Position numbers and translations under genes: made by a program. This document shows positions 7,808 through 14,492 of a DNA stretch of 15,115 nt, piece after piece. The notes under the pieces are model-generated. The model was not told where the DNA came from. It did not search any database and saw only the letters and a list, made by a program, of their open reading frames with translations. Source of the DNA: Microcoleus sp. SM1_3_4 (GTDB taxonomy: Bacteria; Cyanobacteriota; Cyanobacteriia; Cyanobacteriales; Microcoleaceae); the NCBI GenBank assembly GCA_012031535.1, contig JAAUTI010000053.1, forward strand, positions 1 to 15,115, in the 5' to 3' direction. Within the stretch, counting starts at the first letter, position 1. Every line of letters starts with the position of its first letter.

Positions 7808-10459
7808 CTAGCTTTCATTCGCCCCAGAACCGATCAAACCTTGAGCCGCGTTAAATAAATTGATCGGATTTTTCCCATCAGTAATTAACACGCTTTGAAT
7901 GCCGAGAGATTGCAAAAGTTTAGCCTGCATTTCCGGTCCGGCTTGTGCCATTGCTTTCAAAGTTTCAGGCCCGATAGCCTCTACTTTTTCCCGGAATTCC
8001 GCACTGGTAATTTCCGCCATTCGCTGGGCTTTCTCAATTTCTAGAGTGCTTAGGGCTTGTTGGTGGGCTAATTCTGCTTCCTGTCTGGCCCTCATTTGCG
8101 CCAATTCTCCCTCGGCGCGAATTCTGGCTGCTTCCGCTTCCTGCTGTGCCAAATTCACTGCTAATTCGCCTTGAATTTCGCGCTGCTTCTGCTTTTCGCC
8201 CTCGCTTCGGCTGTCGCGTGCCCGGTAGATTCGATCGCAATATTTTCTGCCTGCAATTCTAACAGATTTTTGCGTTCGGATTCCGCCGCACCCTTATCTA
8301 CAATTGCCTGTCTTTCCAATCTAGCTTTTGCCTCTTGTTCGATGCGGGCTGCATCGTGCTTCGCAGCAGCTTCTTGAGCGTCAGTGGTAATTTGAATTGC
8401 AATTTGTACCGATTTTTGCAAACTTTTTAACGTTGCTTCATCGATCGGTTCGACTGATTGAATGTCAATATTAGTAATGACCAAACTGTTAGTTTTAAAC
8501 CGAAATTCATCTCCGATCCGACCGTCTTCGCTGACGCCAAATACAGCATGGCGGATAATTCGTGCCGAATTGCGGTGGAATTCATCAAACTTTTCTCCCG
8601 CAACTGCACCGCGAACCGAGAGGCAATTGCCTTGCAAGCATCTCCTACAAAATCGGGAACTTGAAACAGTTTTGCCGCCGCTTGTTCGTCGTGCCGCACG
8701 AGATCGAAATACCAGTTATAAGATAGCTGAATTTGCAAGCGAGCGTGATCCGATGTTTCTACAGTAAAAACATCAGTCATAAAATCTGGACCCAGCAACA
8801 AAGCTAAAGATTTAATCGCATTCGGCTTTTTCGGTTTGCCGCCAGACAAACTGAGAACTGTAAACGCTTCATCCGGCCCCAACATCACCAAATCCGGCCC
8901 GAATACAGTGCGGGCAGTGCGATTTTTGTAATCGTGAATTTGCACTGCGGAATTTTGGGGAACGTGGAACACAACTGCCCTGGTTTTATCCCGCAAAACC
9001 TGCATTTCCGAGTGGGCAACACCGCGCAATTGCTGCATTCCGCGATCGGAAATCGGATCGCTTTTTTGTGCTAGCAATTCTTCAACAACTGGCGGCAATT
9101 CTTTTTCCCAAAGTTCCTCGTAAGGACTCAGCATATATGCTTGCGGCCCGCCCACTAATCGGAGTTCTCCTGTTTGGATATCGCGCACGTAAATGCCTTC
9201 ATTCTTATCCAGAGGAATCGCTTTTCGCTTTTCCACAACTTCTACTTCGACGCGGGGAATGTAATCGCGCGGTCCGGAAATCATCCATAAATCCCCCGGT
9301 TGGTGGGAAACTAGATTGTCGCTTTCTCCCTCATTAAAAGCTTCTTTCGCTCTCAATAACAGTGCTTCTTGTTCGCTGAGAACGTAAACTGTTGAATCCC
9401 GCCTTCCAAGATTCTCCCGGATGCAGGAAAAGAAGCTCGACCTGGCGGACTTCTTCAGTCCAATTGAGGCTTACCATCCGCATCAATTGGATCGAGAACA
9501 ATGCACCATTGACGATCGCCCAAAGTAGCAATTTCTACTTCTCCTACTACTTCTTCGTACACGTCGGGAATGTGAATTTCTGCATCTTCAAACGTCACCA
9601 ACCATTCATCGCCCGCTTTTCTCTGCCGCCCGAAAACATCAGTAAAAGTGCGTTTAGCCTTCAAATGCAGGGCTTTTCGTTCCGTCAAAACACAAGCATT
9701 AATAATGTTGACAACAGCTTCATCAACTCCCGGCAAATAAGCACCTTCATCCCTCACCAACCATTCTTCACCAGCGCGGCGGCGGTTTCCTTGCCTGTCA
9801 GTACAAGATTGTCGGGCGATTAAGCGCAAAGCTTGATTCGGTTTAATTACTACAGATTTCACCGTTTCTACAACTTCAACTTCCACGCGCGGCAAATAAG
9901 TTCCCGGCCCTTCAAACAGCCATTCATCCCCAGCCAAACGATTAATTGTTTGACCTTCAGATTCACTTTCTCCTGCCGTTGCTGTAGGGGCAATCCCCCC
10001 GTGGCTGCCCCGCATGGGAGGAGTATCTGCAAAATCTCGCAGTGCTCGGAGGCGCAATGCTTGATTGGTTTCGACAACCTGCAAGCGAGTCACATCCTGC
10101 TCTAATTCTTCTCCCGGATACAGGGCAAAAGGTTCTTGAGCAAAGCGAACTTCTGCATCGCCGTAGCGCAATTTAATTTGTCCGTGAGGGTCAGCAATCG
10201 GTTGATTTTCTGCATCACGGAGGACGGGATTAGCAACAATACAATAGTAGCGCGGCGGCACGATTAGCATCGGTTCCGGTCTTAAAATCAGCCGTTCGTG
10301 GTCGCGCAAAGTGATTGTTTGCGGGCCGACTTCTAGCCTGGTAATGCCCGTATTGTTATCGATGACATGAATGTATTGCTGCGGCTTCAGGCGAATAATG
10401 CCGCTAGAAATCCCCAAAGTTTCACCTTTGTTATCGCGTTTTAGTTCGCTGGTATTCAT
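7808..10459 (-). CDS. Major Vault Protein (MVP) homologue, about 884 codons, full eukaryote-like architecture. Frame broken by four single-base frameshifts (near 9455, 9405, 8613 and 8195). ORF fragments are 9455-10459, 8427-9356, 8161-8637 and 7808-8158.
   Basis: ATG at 10459-10457. The translation matches MVP along its whole length, as I recall the eukaryotic protein. N-terminal repeat region: [20 protein letters not shown]...[12 protein letters not shown]...[20 protein letters not shown]...[22 protein letters not shown]...GEEWLV...[22 protein letters not shown]. Middle: [44 protein letters not shown]...[15 protein letters not shown]...[26 protein letters not shown]...[11 protein letters not shown]...[15 protein letters not shown]...[19 protein letters not shown]. 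Shoulder/cap-helix: [27 protein letters not shown]...[11 protein letters not shown]...[25 protein letters not shown]-terminus: [49 protein letters not shown]. Re-translation across the junctions restores continuity (e.g. [21 protein letters not shown] joins fragment 1 to 2; [15 protein letters not shown] joins 2 to 3). Confidence 0.9.
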
Positions 10460-10552
10460 GATGTTAATAGTTGGTTGTAGGCTGTTTTTCTGGTAGTTGA
10501 GATGCGACTTGGATGGCGATTGTAATGGAGGTTTTTAAACAGTTGACTTGTA

Positions 10553-10628
10553 ATTTGTAGGGTGCGCACTGCGCACCTTACCTGCAAATAATTTGTAGGG
10601 TGCGCACTGCGCACCTTACCTGCAAATA
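10553..10628. repeat. perfect tandem duplication of a 38-bp unit ATTTGTAGGGTGCGCACTGCGCACCTTACCTGCAAATA; each unit contains the palindrome GGTGCGCA-C-TGCGCACC; lies in the MVP upstream region
   Basis: Seen directly: 10553-10590 and 10591-10628 are identical. Inner palindrome arms are GGTGCGCA/TGCGCACC. Outer near-inverted arms are ATTTGTAGG/CCTGCAAAT (8 of 9). The 10-mer ATTTGTAGGG followed by a palindrome centred on GCACTGC also occurs at 7768-7791, downstream of the MVP stop. Confidence 0.8.
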
Positions 10629-10804
10629 GCTGTTCAAATTACTGCGTGGATGAATCCTGTATCAGTTATGTTGTGTCGATCGTACTCTCTCTCTTGTGGG
10701 AGTTACAAACTTGTAACAAAACTACAAAATGTTACATCCAAAAAGTGAAGCTGCTGCCTATTGAGAAAGGTGAAAGATCTCAGATATAACTCAGATCTTG
10801 CAGC

Positions 10805-10885
10805 AATGTCAAAAACCGGGTTTCTGGAAAAAACTCTGCATAAAAACAGATATTTTTCATCAGAAACCCGGTTTCTCGCTTGGTT
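10805..10885. repeat. copy 1 of a dispersed ~75-bp element carrying two AAACC-N-GGTTT palindromes with 51-bp centre-to-centre spacing
   Basis: AAACC-G-GGTTT at 10813-10823 and AGAAACC-C-GGTTTCT at 10862-10876; centres at 10818 and 10869. Arms CCGGGTTTCTG and CAGAAACCCGG can also pair as an 11-bp stem. Second copy at 13228-13305 with identical 51-bp spacing and similar internal sequence ((A)GTATTTTC..C(A/C)(C/G)AAACCCGGTTTC). Located between the protease stop and the MVP upstream repeats. Confidence 0.7.
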
Positions 10886-10919
10886 ATTGAGAATGCTGCA
10901 AGATGTCAAATATAACAGA

Positions 10920-11750
10920 CTATTCTTCTTCGGGTTGGCCTTCAAAAGTTTCCTCAAATCCGGCTAAAAAGTCATCCAAAGCTTCAGCAGAAATTGCCAA
11001 ATTGATGCTGTCGGCTTCTTCCCAACCCCACGTATTCACCCCGACAACTTGACCGGCTGCATTAATTAACGGGCCGCCCGAATTTCCCGGATTGATCGCC
11101 GCATCAGTTTGCAATATTTTCACTTCCGCAATATCGCTGTCTTCGTCCTCTCCTTCTTCATACTCGTCGGGTTCGCGAATTGCACTAATAATGCCCTGGG
11201 TTACAGTTGCAGCAAACTCCCCTAGAGGATTTCCTACCGCAATTACTGGATCTCCCACTTTGACATCAAAAGACAGTTCTAGGGGTGCATATTCTTGAGG
11301 AGATTCTACTTGTTCTCCGGTTTCCGGGTTGATGATAAAATCCGTAACTAATAGCAAAGCTAAATCTTCTTCCGCATTGCCGGTAAAAACTACTTCGGCC
11401 AGCCGCATTTGTCCGCCGTAAGTTTCCACTAAAACCAGTTCTACTTCATCTTCTTCGTAAAAATAATCTTCCTCGGCAATATCTTCGATTACGTGATAGT
11501 TAGTTACAATGATGTCAGGGGAGACAAAGAAGCCGCTGCCGGAGGAAATTTCTTCTTCTAAATCCCAATCCATGACATACACTGAAACTACGGAGGGCAA
11601 GACTCGATCGACTGCACCAGCAAAGTTGCCCGAATGAGTTTTGAGTTCCTTCACTTGCTGCTGCAAAGCTTCACGATCGGCCTCCATTTTGCGGTAAAGT
11701 TGCTGAACTTTTTCCACTTCTAACTTTAGTGTACTTTCCAGATCGCTCAT
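10920..11750 (-). CDS. trypsin-like serine protease (S1/HtrA-type catalytic domain, no PDZ domain, no signal peptide) with N-terminal coiled-coil and highly acidic insertions and C-terminal tail
   Basis: ATG at 11750-11748 with a GAAAGG Shine-Dalgarno-like motif upstream. Catalytic-triad motifs in canonical order: TNYHVIED (His), DLALLLV (Asp), INPGNSGGPLIN (Ser, GNSGGP). N-terminal heptad-like segment LKLEVEKVQQLYRKMEADREALQQQVKELK. Acidic runs EEDYFYEEDEVEL and EPDEYEEGEDEDSD, the latter where HtrA proteases have a short loop. Acidic C-terminal tail FEETFEGQPEEE. Confidence 0.8.
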   Translation of the reverse strand: MSDLESTLKLEVEKVQQLYRKMEADREALQQQVKELKTHSGNFAGAVDRVLPSVVSVYVMDWDLEEEISSGSGFFVSPDIIVTNYHVIEDIAEEDYFYEEDEVELVLVETYGGQMRLAEVVFTGNAEEDLALLLVTDFIINPETGEQVESPQEYAPLELSFDVKVGDPVIAVGNPLGEFAATVTQGIISAIREPDEYEEGEDEDSDIAEVKILQTDAAINPGNSGGPLINAAGQVVGVNTWGWEEADSINLAISAEALDDFLAGFEETFEGQPEEE

Positions 11751-12006
11751 ATTTTGCCTTTCCCCAATTTAGATAAATTGCTGGTTGCTTTTGCGAGATG
11801 CTTAATTGTAGCTGGAGGGAGAGGGCAACCGCGGGGGGTTGCTCCTACTTTCGCGCCATATATAGAGGTCATTAGTAAGTTCCGCACCATCTAGACTTTT
11901 CCACCTGAAACCTACAATTGTCTGCGACTTTACCTGCTGGTTAGCAGCGGCTGGCAAGTCATTTTTACTGCTGGTAAGCTGAGTGAAGGCTAGAGATTTT
12001 CACGCT

Positions 12007-12980
12007 CTAAGAACCGCGCTGAACTTCGACAAAAATCTCCTCTAAAATTTCCTGCGCTCCTTGTTTGCGCAAGCGGTGAGCGAGGTCAATTCCCAACATT
12101 TCGGCTGTTTCGGCAGCACCTGTTACAGTGTCTTTGACTAACCGCTTGCCGTCGAGACTGGCTACCATGCCGGTTAAAGTTAATTGACCGTTTTCTATGT
12201 TAGTATTAACGCCGATCGGCACTTGACAGCCGCCTTCCAATTCCCGCAAAAATGCGCGTTCGGCATAACACCGTTGGGCGGTTTCCGAATGTTCTAAAGC
12301 TTTAATTACTTGTAGAATTTCTGGATCTCCGGCGCGGCATTCAATCCCCAAAGCACCCTGTCCGACAGCGTGCAAAGAGATTTCGGGAGCGATAATTTGA
12401 TGGATGCGATCGCTCATTCCCAATCTTTCCAATCCCGCCACTGCTAAAATAATTGCATCGTAACCGCCCTCATCCAATTTGGCGAGTCTAGTGTTAAGAT
12501 TGCCGCGAATATCTTTAAAATTCAAAATGAGGGAAATGGTGGCGCAATTGGGCGAGCCGGCGCAGGGAAGAAGTGCCGATAACAGCACCTTCTGGCAGGG
12601 TATCGAGTTGCTTGTCTTTGTGTTTTTTCGTGAACTACGAGGGCGTCAGCAGGATTTTCCCGTTCGGTGACGCATCCTAAAATTAAACCTTCGGGTAAAT
12701 TGGTAGGCAAATCCTTGAGGGAATGAACGGCAAAGTCCGTTTCATTGTTCAGCATTCCCGTTTCTAATTCTTTTGTAAAAAGTCCTTTATCGCCGATTTT
12801 GGCTAGGGCGACATCAAGAATTTTATCGCCTTGCGTGGCCATCGTGTGGACTTCAAAAGTACGTTCGGGAAAGTGTTTCTGAAGCTGTGCTTGCACCCAA
12901 TGAGTTTGAACGAGGGCGAGTTGGCTTTTGCGAGAACCGATGCGGACGGTTCTGGAGGGGGCAGATGCGATCGGAGACAT
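12007..12980 (-). CDS. hemC: porphobilinogen deaminase (hydroxymethylbilane synthase) HemC. Frame broken by two homopolymer indels (A6 on the coding strand at plus-strand 12623-12628 and T4 at plus-strand 12517-12520). ORF fragments are 12522-12980 and 12007-12588.
   Basis: ATG at 12980-12978. N-terminus [21 protein letters not shown]...[20 protein letters not shown]...[12 protein letters not shown] is the HemC signature. After VVHEK the frame is lost. Reading one base over gives [37 protein letters not shown] second shift then gives [33 protein letters not shown]...[10 protein letters not shown]...GGCQVPIG (fragment 2). Total about 324 aa. Removing one A from the A6 run and one T from the T4 run restores a single ORF. 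Confidence 0.9.
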
Positions 12981-13227
12981 AGGAACGATGCTTATTTAGG
13001 AGCAGATATATTTACCCCATCTAGCCTACCGCAGGTGGGGACTTTAATTGCTGGTTGGCGCAATTCGGGCGATAAAATAGAAATATCAGATTTCGATCGC
13101 AAGTAGCAGCAATGCTTTCTTGTGTTTCCAGTCAAGCATTTGGTCTAGCAAACTGAGCCGCCATCGAGATTGTTGGCGAAATGCTGCGGGCGATGCGGGA
13201 TTGGCTAACACGGGGGACTGACGCACT

Positions 13228-13305
13228 CCCACGCCTAGAAACCAGGTTTTTTATCTTTGCTGTTGGCCGCCACGAAGTATTTTCTCCACAAACCCGGTTT
13301 CACCG
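13228..13305. repeat. copy 2 of the paired AAACC-N-GGTTT palindrome element (51-bp spacing), in the divergent hemC / Panacea-gene intergenic region
   Basis: AAACC-A-GGTTT at 13239-13249 and AAACC-C-GGTTT at 13290-13300; centres at 13244 and 13295. Sequence preceding the second palindrome (AGTATTTTCTCCACAAACCCGGTTTC) parallels copy 1 (AGATATTTTTCATCAGAAACCCGGTTTC). Confidence 0.7.
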
Positions 13306-13364
13306 TCCCCATATATAAGTTCTAACTCAAAAAAAATCTCACATCTTAAATCCACAATCCAAAA

Positions 13365-13393
13365 TCTTTTTAAACCAGCAAATATCTTATAAT
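13365..13393 (+). promoter_or_regulatory. candidate sigma70-type promoter for the Panacea-domain gene (perfect -10 TATAAT at 13388-13393, weak -35)
   Basis: Consensus TATAAT hexamer 39 nt upstream of the ATG at 13432. Only a weak T-rich -35 (TTTAAA 13369-13374). The paired palindrome element lies 90-190 bp further upstream. Confidence 0.25.
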
Positions 13394-13431
13394 TACAAGT
13401 AAATTTGTCAAATTACTCAAATTCTCAAATT

Positions 13432-13887
13432 ATGAAAAGTGCTCTGGATGTAGCTCGTTACTTTTTATGTCGGGTCGATCGAGAATCAGGCGATACTATT
13501 TCTCTGCTCAAATTGCAAAAGCTCGTGTATTACGCTCAAGCTTGGAGTTTAGTTTTTAGAAGCCAGCCGCTATTTTTTCAAGATGTTGAAGCTTGGGTTT
13601 CCGGCCCTGTTGTCCGCGATGTTTGGAATGAATACAAAGCTTACAAATATAGCGATATTCCCGTTCCCGATAACTTTGATGGAGAATTTGAGGAAGATGA
13701 ACTCGAAGTTCTCGAAGAAGTTTGGAATGCTTATGGAGAATTAAGTGCTAAACATTTGGCAGAACTAACGCACTCAGAGATGCCTTGGTTAAACGCTCGC
13801 AAGGGATTAGAACCTGCGGAAACATCAACTAACATCATCTCTCACGATGATATGAAAGACTGCTATTCATCTTTGGTAGAGGCATAA
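13432..13887 (+). CDS. Panacea-domain (DUF4065, SocA/PanA-like) protein; putative type II antitoxin
   Basis: The ORF track begins at a TTG (13405). The first ATG is at 13432 (MKSALDVARYF...). The core DTISLLKLQKLVYYAQAWSLVFRSQPLFFQDVEAWVSGPVVRDVWNEYKAY matches the DUF4065/Panacea signature (hydrophobic LKLQKL(L/V)YYAQ..., then AW..GPVV..V(Y/W)..YK). Acidic C-terminal half. Confidence 0.65.
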   Translation: MKSALDVARYFLCRVDRESGDTISLLKLQKLVYYAQAWSLVFRSQPLFFQDVEAWVSGPVVRDVWNEYKAYKYSDIPVPDNFDGEFEEDELEVLEEVWNAYGELSAKHLAELTHSEMPWLNARKGLEPAETSTNIISHDDMKDCYSSLVEA

Positions 13888-14325
13888 GTGGGAAAAAAGA
13901 ATCAAATACCAAAACCACCTCAAAAACAACAAAGAAAAATTCCAGAAGCAGCAACCCTGTTAAGCCAACCAAGCAGTACAGATAACGAGCATCCTAGCTT
14001 CCGATTTACCTATGCAGATAAAAATCGTTGGCTGCTGTCCGATTGGACAGCATCAGAAATCAATGACCTAATTGCAGGACTGAAGAAAATTGAAAAATAT
14101 ACTTGGGCTCAAATCAAAGGTCATGGCTCAAAAAAACGAGGTGAATCAGTAGGAACGGGTTATAAGTTAATTGACACCCATCCGACTTTGCCTGACAATA
14201 TTCCTGAAGATGAAAGATTATCAGAGATGCGAATTGATGAGAAAAAACGGATATTTGGGTTTCGCGTTCAATCTGTTTACTACATCGTTTGGTTCGATCG
14301 CGACCATTCTGTTTGTCCAGAATAA
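13888..14325 (+). CDS. hypothetical protein, possible RelE/HigB-superfamily-like toxin partner of the upstream Panacea protein; GTG start immediately after the upstream TAA stop, in the same reading frame
   Basis: Uninterrupted 145-codon ORF with no internal ATG before codon ~110. The C-terminal region GYKLIDTHPTLPDN...RIFGFRVQSVYYIVWFDRDHS resembles, as I recall it, the HigB/RelE C-terminus (YKLHPLKGD...WRITFQF.NGDAYILNYEDYH). The N-terminal ~40 residues are low-complexity (K/Q/P-rich). Assignment by eye only. Confidence 0.4.
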   Translation: MGKKNQIPKPPQKQQRKIPEAATLLSQPSSTDNEHPSFRFTYADKNRWLLSDWTASEINDLIAGLKKIEKYTWAQIKGHGSKKRGESVGTGYKLIDTHPTLPDNIPEDERLSEMRIDEKKRIFGFRVQSVYYIVWFDRDHSVCPE

Positions 14326-14390
14326 AACTTAGAGTTTTTAGATACAGTTTAATTGTACAGCAATTTACTCAAATCCTCACAGAAGGAAAA

Positions 14391-14488
14391 AGGAAAAGGG
14401 GGAGAGGGGAATATTTTAGATTTTAGATTGGGAGATTTGGAGAATTACCAATTACCAATTACCAATTACCAACTATCAACTGTCAACT
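14391..14488. repeat. short tandem repeat mosaic: GGGGGAGAGGGG, GGAGAATTACCAATT, 4x TTACCAA heptamer, CAACT(A/G)T heptamers
   Basis: Seen directly: AAAAGGGGGAGAGGGG (14395-14410), GGAGAATT(ACCAATT)x3 ACCAACTATCAACTGTCAACTG (14441-14488). Related in inverse orientation to 2391-2440 and in direct orientation to 4862-4893. Confidence 0.7.
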
Positions 14489-14492
14489 GAAT

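Noticed and set aside
7899-9823. ORFs 7899-8174(+), 8034-8240(-), 8171-8377(+), 8458-8664(+), 8462-8767(+), 9068-9337(+), 9392-9823(+), 9334-9531(-)
   Set aside because: Antisense or alternate-frame ORFs within the MVP gene. 9334-9531 is the intermediate MVP frame between the first two frameshifts (residues [15 protein letters not shown] align to MVP), not an independent gene.
9833-10105. ORFs 9833-10105(+) and 9868-10077(-)
   Set aside because: Inside MVP fragment 1; no support.
2864-10459. Interpretation of the treZ, treY and MVP ORF fragments as genuine pseudogenes or separate genes
   Set aside because: Every break is a single-base shift that immediately restores conserved sequence, often in homopolymers. 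The same kind of lesion hits essential hemC, so sequencing error is more parsimonious than decay. Annotated as single frameshifted CDSs.
10703-10967. ORFs 10703-10957(-) and 10761-10967(+) in the protease-MVP spacer
   Set aside because: Span the paired-palindrome repeat element and overlap the protease 3' end; low-complexity translation; more likely non-coding repeat DNA.
11092-11298. 68-aa plus-strand ORF inside the protease gene
   Set aside because: Ser-rich antisense shadow ORF.
12479-13106. ORFs 12479-12670(+) and 12831-13106(+)
   Set aside because: Antisense to hemC; the region is fully explained by hemC.
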